Source: Methanobacteriota archaeon
GTDB taxonomy: Archaea; Thermoplasmatota; Poseidoniia; Poseidoniales; Thalassarchaeaceae
DNA length: 46,382 nucleotides
Direction of reading: 5' to 3'
NCBI GenBank assembly: GCA_002719615.1
Contig: PBHZ01000010.1
Span: 1 to 46,382 of the forward strand
Shown here: positions 8,842-18,409 of the stretch, in pieces
Layout: the number at the start of each line of letters is the position of its first letter
Numbering within the stretch: the stretch's first letter is position 1
Translations under genes and position numbers: made by a program
The notes under the pieces: model-generated
Database searches by the model: none
The model's input: the letters and a program-made list of their open reading frames with translations, nothing else
Told to the model about the DNA's origin: nothing

Positions 8842-10389
8842 GTGATGAATATTTTTAGACCAGAATCGCCTCGAATTCGTAGCTTAAATAATGAGTCTAT
8901 TGATCCATCAGGGGATTATATTCTATATTGGATGACCTCTGCAAGAAGATTTCACTATAATGCTGCTATGGATAGAGCAGTAGAATTAGCATTAGAATTG
9001 AATAAACCAGTACTAGTTGTTGAATGTATGTCAATCAGACATGATTGGGCAAATGAAAGAATACTAGCATTTTCTGTTCAAGGTATGCTAGACAACATCA
9101 AAATTTTCGAAGATAATAATATCACATATCTTCCATGGGTTGAGACTCACAAAGATTCAGGAAATAAGCTTCTTGCTAAATTATCAACTCACGCATGTTC
9201 TGTAATAGTTGATGATTATCCGACATATTTACCAAGAACCATTATGGAAAAAGCAGCTAGAATATGCAAAGTTAACACAGAGGCTGCGGATTCAAATGGG
9301 ATATTACCCATGGCATGGGCTGGCAAAGAACATTTGACGGCATACTCATTTAGAAAACATGTACAAAGAAGTATGGCAGAAGCATTACTAAATCTACCAT
9401 TAGAGAATTCAATGGAATCAGTATCAACTAACCTTAGGTTTAACCAGAAAGAAATGGCATCTCTGTTTGCAGCAGTTGAAGTAGAATTTACACCATTGGA
9501 ATGGTTGTGGAGAATTGGGGAAGCAGGAAAAATTTCAGAAGTTGCAATGGCTCCATTGAACATAGACCATGAGGTTAAACCTGTTGAAAAAATGAGAGGC
9601 GGTAGATTTGAAGCATTAAAAAGAATGGAAGTTTTCCTAGAAATTAATCTCAAAAGATATGCTACCGACAGAAATAGTACTGAAAATCCAGCTGTAAGTA
9701 CGCTTTCACCTTGGTTTCATTTTGGTCACATATCAACAATAGAAGTTGTTGTTGAGCTCTTCAAAAGAAGCAATTGGAGTTATGATATGACTTGTTTTGA
9801 GGATATGGGCAAAGGAACACGATCTGGATGGTGGGGATTGTCAGAAAGTGAGGAGTCATTCCTAGACCAAATAATTACATGGAGAGAATTAGGATTTAAT
9901 TTTGCCCATTACAGGAGAGATCATAAATCAATCGACTCAATACCAAATTGGGCAAAAAAATCCTTAGAAGACCACGCAGGAGATGAACGTAAACCATATA
10001 CATTCGATGATATTGAAAATGCAAAAACTGATGATGATGTTTGGAATGCTGCTCAAAGAGAGTTGCTAAGAACAGGTTTGATTCATAATTACATGAGGAT
10101 GGTTTGGGGAAAGAAAATCCTAGAGTGGGCGCCAGATCCTAATACTGCTGCCGATTGGATGATAAAAATTAATGATAGATGGGCATTAGATGGTAGAGAT
10201 CCAAACTCTTACACAGGAATATTTTGGGTCTTGGGACGTCATGACAGAGCATGGGGGCCAGAAAGACCAGTATTTGGGAAAGTACGTTACATGACTACTG
10301 AGAGTGCTAGGAGGAAGTTAAAATTGAATAATTACATCAACAGATGGTCAGAAGATGCTCCAATTCCTAGAGAGATACAGAGGTTGTGA
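8842..10389 (+). CDS. phr: Deoxyribodipyrimidine (CPD) photolyase, class II-like
   Basis: The C-terminal FAD-binding region HNYMRMVWGKKILEW...DGRDPNSYTGIFWVLGRHDRAW matches the class II photolyase signature. 515 aa. Confidence 0.88.
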   Translation: MMNIFRPESPRIRSLNNESIDPSGDYILYWMTSARRFHYNAAMDRAVELALELNKPVLVVECMSIRHDWANERILAFSVQGMLDNIKIFEDNNITYLPWVETHKDSGNKLLAKLSTHACSVIVDDYPTYLPRTIMEKAARICKVNTEAADSNGILPMAWAGKEHLTAYSFRKHVQRSMAEALLNLPLENSMESVSTNLRFNQKEMASLFAAVEVEFTPLEWLWRIGEAGKISEVAMAPLNIDHEVKPVEKMRGGRFEALKRMEVFLEINLKRYATDRNSTENPAVSTLSPWFHFGHISTIEVVVELFKRSNWSYDMTCFEDMGKGTRSGWWGLSESEESFLDQIITWRELGFNFAHYRRDHKSIDSIPNWAKKSLEDHAGDERKPYTFDDIENAKTDDDVWNAAQRELLRTGLIHNYMRMVWGKKILEWAPDPNTAADWMIKINDRWALDGRDPNSYTGIFWVLGRHDRAWGPERPVFGKVRYMTTESARRKLKLNNYINRWSEDAPIPREIQRL

Positions 10390-10390
10390 G

Positions 10391-11806
10391 ATGCCAACAA
10401 ATTACAAACATGAAACCAAAGTAAATGCAGATATAGAATCTACATTTGATTGGTTTGAACATGAAGGATCATTTAGGAGATTGATGCCACCTTGGGAGGT
10501 TGCAGAAGAAGTTAGAGCGGATGAATCTTTAGAAGTTGGTTCTCAAAGAGTATTCAGATTTCCTGCGCCAGGTGCACCTTTTTTCAAAATGACTTGGGTT
10601 GCAGAACATACAGGTTATGAAAAACCAAATGGTACAAAAAAGGCATATTTTGCAGATACAATGGTAAAAGGTCCTTTTTGGAAATGGGACCATGACCATT
10701 ATCTTACAGAAGTTGATGGAATTACTACAGTTGTTGATGATGTAACATACAGCGTTCCTTTTGGACCTCTAGGAATGCTAGTAGACAAAGTACTCGGTGG
10801 ATCTTTAGTGACTGGAAGGATTTCATCTATGTTCAATGCAAGAGAATTTAGACTTGTTAGAGATATGGAAAATCACAATAAATTTAATCACTTGAAAAGG
10901 AAGAAAATACTTGTTGCTGGTTCGTCTGGTTTGATTGGAACACAATTAGTCGCTTTTTTGGATACTGGTAATCATGATGTTTGGAGGCTAGTTAGAAGAG
11001 AAGCTGATTCCAATAAAAAAGAAATATCTTGGGATCCCTCGAAAGGAAAGATTAATTTTAGTGAATTAGAAGGTTTTGATATAGTAATCCATCTAGGTGG
11101 CGTAGGAATAGGCGATAAGAGATGGAGTAAGAAAAGGAAGGCTGCAATCAGAGATAGTAGAGTTGATAGTACAACATTATTGAGTAATACTCTAGCCAGT
11201 CTAGAAAATAAACCTGAATTATTCATGGTATCAAGCGCAATAGGATATTATGGAAATAGAGGAGATGAAATTGTAGATGAAAATACTAGCATAGGTGATG
11301 ATTATCTCACAGAAATTTGCGAAAAATGGGAGAATAGTGCTGATTCTGCAAGGAAAGCTGGAATTAGGACTATTCATACCAGAACAGGTATTGTAATGTC
11401 TGCAGTTGGTGGTGCATTAGGTAAAATGCTTCTACCAGCAAAAATGGGAGGAGGAGGACCTATTGGAGGAGGTAAGCAATGGATGTCTTGGATTTCAATG
11501 GATGATCAAATTTATTCCATGTACCACTTGATGATGAGTGAAGATACTGAAGGTGCATATAATCTTACAGCGCCAAATCCAGTCAGGCAAAAGATATTTG
11601 CAAAAACTCTTGGTAAAGTTTTGAGGCGTCCAGCATTCGCACCATTACCAGGATTTGTCATGAAAATAATGTTCGGAGAAATGGGAGTAAAACTAACTCT
11701 AGATAGTCAAAGAGTGATGCCAAAGAGACTTCAAGAATCAGGATATGAATTTGTTCATGAGGAATTAGAACCTGCATTGAGAGATTCTCTCGGAAAATGG
11801 AGATGA
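10391..11806 (+). CDS. SRPBCC (START-like) domain fused to a TIGR01777/SDR39U1-type NAD-epimerase-fold protein (DUF1731 C-terminus)
   Basis: The N-terminal roughly 150 aa are SRPBCC-like. Then ILVAGSSGLIGTQLV Rossmann motif. The C-terminal PAFAPLPGFVMKIMFGEMG...LDSQRVMPKRLQESGYEF is typical of DUF1731. ATG at 10391 is preferred over the track start at 10355, which overlaps phr. Confidence 0.8.
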   Translation: MPTNYKHETKVNADIESTFDWFEHEGSFRRLMPPWEVAEEVRADESLEVGSQRVFRFPAPGAPFFKMTWVAEHTGYEKPNGTKKAYFADTMVKGPFWKWDHDHYLTEVDGITTVVDDVTYSVPFGPLGMLVDKVLGGSLVTGRISSMFNAREFRLVRDMENHNKFNHLKRKKILVAGSSGLIGTQLVAFLDTGNHDVWRLVRREADSNKKEISWDPSKGKINFSELEGFDIVIHLGGVGIGDKRWSKKRKAAIRDSRVDSTTLLSNTLASLENKPELFMVSSAIGYYGNRGDEIVDENTSIGDDYLTEICEKWENSADSARKAGIRTIHTRTGIVMSAVGGALGKMLLPAKMGGGGPIGGGKQWMSWISMDDQIYSMYHLMMSEDTEGAYNLTAPNPVRQKIFAKTLGKVLRRPAFAPLPGFVMKIMFGEMGVKLTLDSQRVMPKRLQESGYEFVHEELEPALRDSLGKWR

Positions 11807-11810
11807 CTAC

Positions 11811-12284
11811 TTGGTAGATTCTCATGAATATTTAGTAGGAACTATTTTGCCTAATTTTAATTGCTTAAATGATGAAGGGGACTTAGTAACAAGTCAAGAT
11901 GTTTATGGTAAGTGGACTGTGATGTTCTTTTATCCTAAAGATGAATCACCAGGATGTACGCTCCAGTCTTGCTCATTCAGAGACAGATATGAACAATTTA
12001 CAGAACAAGGAATTTCACTCTATGGAGTATCATCTGATTCTGTTGAATCTCATAGAAAATTCAAGCAGAGATATAAACTACAATATTCTCTATTAAGTGA
12101 TGAAGGTGGATTACTTGCAAAAGCGTTGAAATTGAAGAAAGACTTTGGTTTTCTTCGCGCAAGAGTTACATTCGTAATTGATCCCGAAGGCACTATTGCC
12201 TTTGCACATACCAGTCAATTAGGAGTAACTGGACATGTGAAAAAGGCATTAAAAGTAATTAAATCTCAAGGAGCAATAGCATGA
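11811..12284 (+). CDS. bcp: Peroxiredoxin, Bcp type (second paralog)
   Basis: WTVMFFYPKDESPGCTLQSC motif. 157 aa. The stop overlaps the start of the downstream transporter. Confidence 0.85.
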   Translation: MVDSHEYLVGTILPNFNCLNDEGDLVTSQDVYGKWTVMFFYPKDESPGCTLQSCSFRDRYEQFTEQGISLYGVSSDSVESHRKFKQRYKLQYSLLSDEGGLLAKALKLKKDFGFLRARVTFVIDPEGTIAFAHTSQLGVTGHVKKALKVIKSQGAIA

Positions 12285-14989
12285 AAAATCCATTTGATAG
12301 GCTAAGTGAAATTTCTATAGATAAGCCAAAAATCGTTATCAGTATTGTAATATTAGGTATTTTGACATTATCTTCGTTTGCAAGATTCATAGTTTTTGAT
12401 AATTCTGAGGATGCATTTTATCCGGAAAATGAAACTACAGACTTGTTGTATGAAGTAGAAGATACATATACAGTAGATGTAGACTTAGTTAGATCTGTGG
12501 TAAGATTTGGAGCTGGAGATTTAGAAACTATTGAAACATGGAATTTACTTGCAGATATTGAATCTGATATGTTAAAAAAATCTGATATGATAGAATATCA
12601 TTATCCGTTATTTGGAGGGGCTGCAAACTCTGGTCCAGCAAGTTCAGTAATTTACTGGCAACAAATTCAGGACCCAGGTTCGGATAAATGGTCAGAAACA
12701 GTTGAAAATGCTTTGCTAGATGTTATGATGTCTGATGATGTAAATCTAAGTAATACAATTTCTGATGCAATAATTACTCTACAATCAATTCCCTCTACCG
12801 AATATCCTGATTCTGGAGATTTGGATAACTGGAGTGTCACAAATCCAAAGGATTGGCAAAGTAGAATGGACAGCGGAGAAAATAATCAGGATAAAATCCT
12901 GAGGCTAATTGGAATAGTTTCAGGACTTACAGAAAACAGAAGTGAATCACAAAATATCTCAATTATTCAACTCCAAGGACAAGCTATGGCTATTTTATCT
13001 CCACTTAATGCATTGCAAGAGATAGATTTGAGAACTTCAATGATGAGTATGTTTCCTGCAGATATGAGAGAAAATCCCTGGACTGAAGCTAACATAGCAT
13101 TGGTAACTTTAGCAGTAGATACAAAACCTGCAATTCATAATGTGGAGTTAGATACTGAAGTTTCACCAATTGTAAGTCAGATGACTGTCGACTTAGAAAA
13201 AACGTTGCAAGATAGTCATGGCTCAACTATAACTGTTTTTGGATTTTCTAGATTTGCTGAAGAACAGGCGGGAAATCTTGGAGCTGAAATTGGAATTCTA
13301 ACTAGTGCATCAATTGTTATTTTGGGAATCATATTATGGAGGCAATTTAGAAGTTTAAGAGATACCAGTATTGTCATTTTCTTGACTTTATTAGCAATTG
13401 GTGCTACTTATGGTGTTGCAGGTATTTTAAAACTAGAATTTAATGGTGCTATGAATAGTATTCCAATTCTACTTTTGGCAATAGGAGTTGATTACGGCTT
13501 ACATGTAGTATTACGGTATAGAGAAGAATTAGTTAACTTAGATTCTGAAGGAAAAGAAACAATGGCAGAGTTTTCTGCTGAAATAAGAGCCAAAGCAATG
13601 AAAACTGGAACAGTTCTGACCTCGGCAGCATTAGTTGTAGCAATATTTACTGATATGGTAGGTTTTCTTAGTTTTAGGTTATCTGCCCAGAATTTCTTAG
13701 TAGTTTTTGGTACAGTAATTGCTGTTGGATTATTTTTCATCTATTTACTTTCAGTGACTGCTCTTCCAGCAGTACTTACCATCCTAAAACCTCAAAATAT
13801 TACATTACTAAAATCCGTTAAGGTTGAAGAAAGTAAATTCTCAAGATGGTCAGGTGAACAGACACTAAATCCAATAACAGTTATTGTTGCTGCTCTACTG
13901 ATTTCCTTTCCTGTAGGTGCAGGAATATCACAATTAGAAATTGGATTTGATTTTAGAGATCAACTGGATGAAGATATTCCGGTAGTAGCTGATTTTCTTA
14001 TTTTAAGTGATGATTTTTCTGGACAAAATACTGCACCTCTTTATGTTGTAATAAATACAGATGTATTCAGTGAATCTGGAAAAAATGCTTATCTAAATGC
14101 AATGTCAGTTCTGGATTCTGATGATAGTATTTCAGAACAAACTGGAGTTTGGGAAATATTAGAATTGGAAGCAACCAAGGATTCTGAATTAAGAAATATA
14201 TTAGACAGTTTAGAAAGTGAAAGTCCAGAATGGTTACAATTACAAAATTGGGTTGATGCTAATCAAGATTTGACATTTAGATACCTCAGAGGTGATTTTA
14301 AACAAACAGTGATTAGTTTCTATGCACCTTCTCTTGATTGGCAAGAAACTGTAGATTTTGTTAATAGTATTGACAGTGGTTTGAATGAATTTGAGGGAGA
14401 TTACAAAGTTTCTGGAAGGGGCTTGATACTAGCACAAATTAGTGAAGATGTGGCAAAATCTGCCGTAGCATCTACTGGAATAGTGGCAGCTATGATTTTA
14501 CTTATGTTAGTAATGATAAATATTTCGCGCGAAAATACCCCGCAAAGAGGTTTTTTGAAAGGATTCGTGATGTGGTTGCCTCTTGCAATTGTAGTGATAT
14601 GGGTATATGGCTTGATGGGGTGGTTTGGATACCAATTAAATTCTCAAACAGTAACAATTGGAGCATTGACTCTTGGTCTTGGTGTAGATTATGCTGTTCA
14701 CTTTGTGACAAGACTTGACGAAGAAATAGAGCATAATCCAAGTGGAGGAATAGTAAATTGGATTTCGATAACTAACGCGACTACTGGAAGAGCGATGATG
14801 GCTGCAGCACTAACTACTGCAGGTGGATTTGCAGTACTCAATCTAAGTTCACTTTTGCCACTGAGATTATTCGGTCAAGCTTTCGTTGTTGCAATCCTCT
14901 TAGCATTGGTTTCCAGTATAATTTTATTACCTTGTTTGATGAGTATATTTGGATTACTTCCAAAAGAAGAAGTTGTATCTAATTCCTAA
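12281..14989 (+). CDS. RND-superfamily / MMPL-type (sterol-sensing-domain-like) membrane exporter
   Basis: Internally duplicated architecture of two TM bundles. Each bundle carries a GVDYxxH motif (AIGVDYGLHVVLRYREE and GLGVDYAVHFVTRLDEE) and each follows a large soluble loop. 902 aa. Confidence 0.8.
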   Translation: MKNPFDRLSEISIDKPKIVISIVILGILTLSSFARFIVFDNSEDAFYPENETTDLLYEVEDTYTVDVDLVRSVVRFGAGDLETIETWNLLADIESDMLKKSDMIEYHYPLFGGAANSGPASSVIYWQQIQDPGSDKWSETVENALLDVMMSDDVNLSNTISDAIITLQSIPSTEYPDSGDLDNWSVTNPKDWQSRMDSGENNQDKILRLIGIVSGLTENRSESQNISIIQLQGQAMAILSPLNALQEIDLRTSMMSMFPADMRENPWTEANIALVTLAVDTKPAIHNVELDTEVSPIVSQMTVDLEKTLQDSHGSTITVFGFSRFAEEQAGNLGAEIGILTSASIVILGIILWRQFRSLRDTSIVIFLTLLAIGATYGVAGILKLEFNGAMNSIPILLLAIGVDYGLHVVLRYREELVNLDSEGKETMAEFSAEIRAKAMKTGTVLTSAALVVAIFTDMVGFLSFRLSAQNFLVVFGTVIAVGLFFIYLLSVTALPAVLTILKPQNITLLKSVKVEESKFSRWSGEQTLNPITVIVAALLISFPVGAGISQLEIGFDFRDQLDEDIPVVADFLILSDDFSGQNTAPLYVVINTDVFSESGKNAYLNAMSVLDSDDSISEQTGVWEILELEATKDSELRNILDSLESESPEWLQLQNWVDANQDLTFRYLRGDFKQTVISFYAPSLDWQETVDFVNSIDSGLNEFEGDYKVSGRGLILAQISEDVAKSAVASTGIVAAMILLMLVMINISRENTPQRGFLKGFVMWLPLAIVVIWVYGLMGWFGYQLNSQTVTIGALTLGLGVDYAVHFVTRLDEEIEHNPSGGIVNWISITNATTGRAMMAAALTTAGGFAVLNLSSLLPLRLFGQAFVVAILLALVSSIILLPCLMSIFGLLPKEEVVSNS

Positions 14990-15058
14990 ATTATTTTTCA
15001 GAATCTTTAGTTTAACTATAGAACACTTTCAGTATTACTAATACCTCAGTGAAAAGTT

Positions 15059-15080
15059 CATTATACCGCCGAGTTAATAT
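15059..15080 (+). promoter_or_regulatory. Promoter/operator motif CATTATACCGCCGAGTTAATAT directly upstream of the small-protein/PolB operon
   Basis: The TTATA (TATA-like) at 15061-15065 lies about 25 nt before ATG 15090, a leaderless-type geometry. A 21/22-identical copy in the same gene-relative orientation sits at 18410-18431. Confidence 0.6.
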
Positions 15081-15083
15081 TCA

Positions 15084-15341
15084 GTGCCCATGGGCAGAAC
15101 AGTACCAACTTGGAGAAACAGGATAGAACGTAGAATAGACAGTTGGAAGCCTTTTAGGAGAGTTTTGAGGCATTCTGAAAGAGATGAATTTGATCGGATG
15201 TTGAATTCGGTGAGAAGTCGTTCTTCTGCTTGTGGTATGCTTCCGACTTCAGATGTTCTTGAGCCCGCTTTACTTGCTATGCTAATCGATATTAATTCTA
15301 GGCTCACCAAATTAGAGGAGGAAAAAAATAGAGATGATTGA
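15084..15341 (+). CDS. Hypothetical small basic protein, translationally coupled to PolB
   Basis: 85 aa (GTG 15084 or ATG 15090), Arg-rich N-terminus MGRTVPTWRNRIERRIDSWKPFRRVLR. The stop overlaps the PolB ATG (ATGATTGA). The antisense ORF 15074-15373 is judged a shadow ORF. Confidence 0.55.
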   Translation: MPMGRTVPTWRNRIERRIDSWKPFRRVLRHSERDEFDRMLNSVRSRSSACGMLPTSDVLEPALLAMLIDINSRLTKLEEEKNRDD

Positions 15342-17736
15342 GGGATGGATTCTCGATACATATCAAGATTCAAACTCTGAAGGAATGGTTGTATGGGTTA
15401 AATTGGATGATGGATCAGTTAGTAAATACATATTCTATTGGTCACCCGTATTGCATATTGCAGGTAATTTAGATGATATTGATGCACTTGAAGTGAAACT
15501 AAAGGAAATGGAATATCAAACACTATTCGGAGTAATGAAATTCTCAAGACAGAAGAGATTCAAAAGTCATGAAGAAAATGGAGTTTCAGAAGTTCTAGCA
15601 ATTTCTATTTCTAGGCCTTCTAAACTTAAACAAGTAGCCGATGTAGTTTCGGCAATTGGTAAATGGAGTAAATTTGATGTCTTTTCGGTTGATCCTAAGC
15701 CCTCTCAAAGATTTCTTCATGATATGAATACACATCCATTTGGTAGGATAAGAATTTCAAATAATCAAATAATTTCACTGGATAAAAGAACAGATGCACA
15801 ATGGGCGCCTCCACCATTAAGACAAGCAATGTTGAAAGTTAACTGCAAAGATAAACATGGAAAACGTAGTTCAAACGGATTAGTCACAGGAGTGACGATA
15901 ATCGATATGGGCTTTTTAGGTTCTAATTCAAAGAGAATACCTATTCATATTCACCTTACTCCTGAAAGAAATGAAGATGAATTTCTCTATGAAGTTGAAC
16001 GAGCAATACATTGGATTAATCCTGATGTTTTGATTACTAACAAAGGAGATAGTATAGATTTTCCAGCTTTGATAAATATTGCATCTAGAAATGGTAGAGA
16101 ATTACGATTTAGTAGAAATAAACGCGGTACTAATATTAGAAGAAAAGCGATTACAACTTGGAGCTATGGCAGAATACTACGATCAGATGCTTATCATGCT
16201 TTAGAAGGTAGAATACACGTAGATATGGGTGCTTCTTTCATCGGTAAAGAAGGTGGTTTAGAAGGGTTATGTGAACTTGCAAGAATGTCTGGAATACCTC
16301 CACAGGATCTGTCAAGATTATCTCCTGGTTCTGCAATTTCTGCTATGCAAATAAGACAATCTATGGAAGATGATGTATTAGTTCCTTGGAAGAAAAATAG
16401 GCCTGAAGATATGAAAACAGGGACGCAGATGCTCATATCGGACAGAGGTGGTTTGTATCTAGATCCAGAACCTGGCGTCCATAAACAAGTGTATGAATTA
16501 GATTTTGCAAGTCTATTTCCAAGTATTATTGCAACCAGAAATATAAGTCCTGAAACAATGAATTGTGAATGTTGTAAAGTTTCAGAAGAAGAAAATTTAC
16601 GAACTGGTAAACTACCTTTAAGGCCTGAAAGTGCTTTTAGAGAAATTGAAAAACGTAAACAATCTAATCAAAAATTACAACTAATAGTACCAGAATTAGG
16701 AATGTATACTTGTACTAAAAAATATGGATTCTTAGGTAGAGTTGTTGCACCCATTATTGAAAGACGTAGTTATCTCAAATCTAGAAGGAAGGTCAAAGGA
16801 GATGTGTGGGATAGAAGACAAAATGTTCTGAAATGGCTTCTAGTGACTTGTTTTGGATATACAGGATATAAAAATGCTAGATTTGGGCGTATAGAATGTC
16901 ATGAAGCAATATGTGCTTGGTCACGTGAGATGATAATAGATGCGATGCATGATGCTAACGAAGAGGGTTGGGATTGTTTACATGCAATTGTAGATTCTAT
17001 TTGGCTTATAGACATACAAAACAGAAGTAATAAGGATCGTGACGAATCAATATCTAGATTGATGGCCAAAATAGAGGTTAAATCTGGTGTACCAATAGAG
17101 CTTGAAGACGTCTATGAATGGATTGCATTTGTACCCAATAGAACTACAGGAGTTGGTGCTCTAACCAAGTATTTTGCACATGGTAAAAACGGGTGGAAAA
17201 TAAGAGGTATTGAGTTACGTCAGCACTCAACTTGTCAATGGATAAAAAATCTTCAAAAAGATATCTTAGAAGAATTGCGCAAACGACCACCAAAGGAAAG
17301 TATTAGAAGATCTGTGAAATTATTTAATGAAGAAATTGTTAAGCTAAAAAAAGGTAAAATTCCTTTATCTAAGCTTATTTTAGGAAGAAGAGTTAGGAAT
17401 AAAGCAGGAGAACATAAGGTATTGAATTTAACAGCTGCAGCACAACTTAGAGAATTGAAGTTGGGTCAAAATACATATCCGGGTAGAAAAATTAGATTTG
17501 CAGTTGTAGGTCAAAGTAGAAGAAATCCTCAGGACAGGATTAGGATGGCATCAGAAATTAAATCAATAAAAACGACGATAATAGGTCAAAAGGGTGATGT
17601 CGTTTATTATGAGACACTTGCTTTACGAGCTGCTTCTGCGTTGTTATCTCCCTTTGGATTATCAGAAGAAGAATTGGTTTCAAGAGGTTCTGTCCAAACT
17701 ACTTTGGATATGTGGTCAGGTAAAATAAAATCTTGA
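15334..17736 (+). CDS. polB: Family-B DNA polymerase, divergent (PolB2-like)
   Basis: Motif A YELDFASLFPSIIATRNISPET. Motif B KWLLVTCFGYTGYKNARFG. KxY motif LTKYFAHG. ExoII-like ITNKGDSIDFPAL. The C-terminal QTTLDMWSGKIKS resembles the tail of Thermococcales PolB. There is no recognisable ExoI DxE, and motif C reads HAIVDS instead of YxDTDS. Confidence 0.9.
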   Translation: MIEGWILDTYQDSNSEGMVVWVKLDDGSVSKYIFYWSPVLHIAGNLDDIDALEVKLKEMEYQTLFGVMKFSRQKRFKSHEENGVSEVLAISISRPSKLKQVADVVSAIGKWSKFDVFSVDPKPSQRFLHDMNTHPFGRIRISNNQIISLDKRTDAQWAPPPLRQAMLKVNCKDKHGKRSSNGLVTGVTIIDMGFLGSNSKRIPIHIHLTPERNEDEFLYEVERAIHWINPDVLITNKGDSIDFPALINIASRNGRELRFSRNKRGTNIRRKAITTWSYGRILRSDAYHALEGRIHVDMGASFIGKEGGLEGLCELARMSGIPPQDLSRLSPGSAISAMQIRQSMEDDVLVPWKKNRPEDMKTGTQMLISDRGGLYLDPEPGVHKQVYELDFASLFPSIIATRNISPETMNCECCKVSEEENLRTGKLPLRPESAFREIEKRKQSNQKLQLIVPELGMYTCTKKYGFLGRVVAPIIERRSYLKSRRKVKGDVWDRRQNVLKWLLVTCFGYTGYKNARFGRIECHEAICAWSREMIIDAMHDANEEGWDCLHAIVDSIWLIDIQNRSNKDRDESISRLMAKIEVKSGVPIELEDVYEWIAFVPNRTTGVGALTKYFAHGKNGWKIRGIELRQHSTCQWIKNLQKDILEELRKRPPKESIRRSVKLFNEEIVKLKKGKIPLSKLILGRRVRNKAGEHKVLNLTAAAQLRELKLGQNTYPGRKIRFAVVGQSRRNPQDRIRMASEIKSIKTTIIGQKGDVVYYETLALRAASALLSPFGLSEEELVSRGSVQTTLDMWSGKIKS

Positions 17737-18398
17737 AGAGAGACTTGAGGATTCCTTTTTTCTAATGGTTTTACAGTCATATCTATTGAATGTAGTTTTG
17801 CTGTGATTGCACTTTTTGATTGTGATAAAATTGTTAATCTATCATTAGCAGAATTTTTTAATTCAGATTTCATTGATTTAGGAAGAAAGGGTTTTGACTG
17901 GTAATTTACAGTCACTAAAACCAAAGAATTCCATTTTTTTGCTATATATTGGATAGCAGATAATGATTCTTTGAGCATAGCAGAGCCTTCTGCCCTCTTT
18001 ACTTGACTATCTGCAAACATAGATGCTAAATCAGAAACGACAATCAATCTTCCCTTTCTTAAATTCTCATCAGAAGTTTGGGAAGCTAAACGTTTGATAA
18101 TTTCAGCCATCTGATGAGCAGTAAATCCTCTACAAGCGTACAAATTATCTAATAGTTCTATTCCTTTTTTTTTACGAGCTAATGGACGAATTAAGGTAGA
18201 AGGATCTAGTCCCATACCTCCGTCAATCCAATGTACAGGCCTTCCTTTTACTAATTCTTCACAAATCATGTACCTAGTTAGATATCTAGTAGAACGTTTT
18301 GACCCTTCTATTAGTAACATTCCACCAACTTCTGGACTTGGGAGGCTAGATTTGAGAGATCGTATTCCCCATGATACATTCTTTGGCTTGTTGGGCAT
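17607..18398 (-). CDS. RecA/RadB/KaiC-fold protein with a degenerate Walker A
   Basis: GGMLLIEGSKRSTRYLT occupies the P-loop position without a GxxGxGK[ST] consensus. There is a Walker-B-like GRLIVVSDLASMF and a later LVLVTVN strand. 263 aa. The 3' end overlaps the PolB 3' end. Confidence 0.5.
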   Translation of the reverse strand: MPNKPKNVSWGIRSLKSSLPSPEVGGMLLIEGSKRSTRYLTRYMICEELVKGRPVHWIDGGMGLDPSTLIRPLARKKKGIELLDNLYACRGFTAHQMAEIIKRLASQTSDENLRKGRLIVVSDLASMFADSQVKRAEGSAMLKESLSAIQYIAKKWNSLVLVTVNYQSKPFLPKSMKSELKNSANDRLTILSQSKSAITAKLHSIDMTVKPLEKRNPQVSLQDFILPDHISKVVWTEPLETNSSSDNPKGDNNAEAARKASVS

Positions 18399-18409
18399 GG
18401 TAATATATT

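Noticed and set aside
10355-10390. Track start (10355) for the SRPBCC/epimerase ORF, overlapping the photolyase 3' end by 35 nt
   Set aside because: The ATG at 10391 follows immediately after the phr stop and gives a typical SRPBCC N-terminus (MPTNYKHET...). The upstream extension is most likely untranslated read-through of the frame.
15085-15096. 12-bp perfect palindrome TGCCCATGGGCA spanning the start codons of the 85-aa ORF, as an operator
   Set aside because: It is short and overlaps the coding start. The corresponding position of the twin promoter at 18398 shares only ATGCCCA and is not palindromic. Evidence is insufficient on its own, so it is subsumed under the twin-promoter finding.
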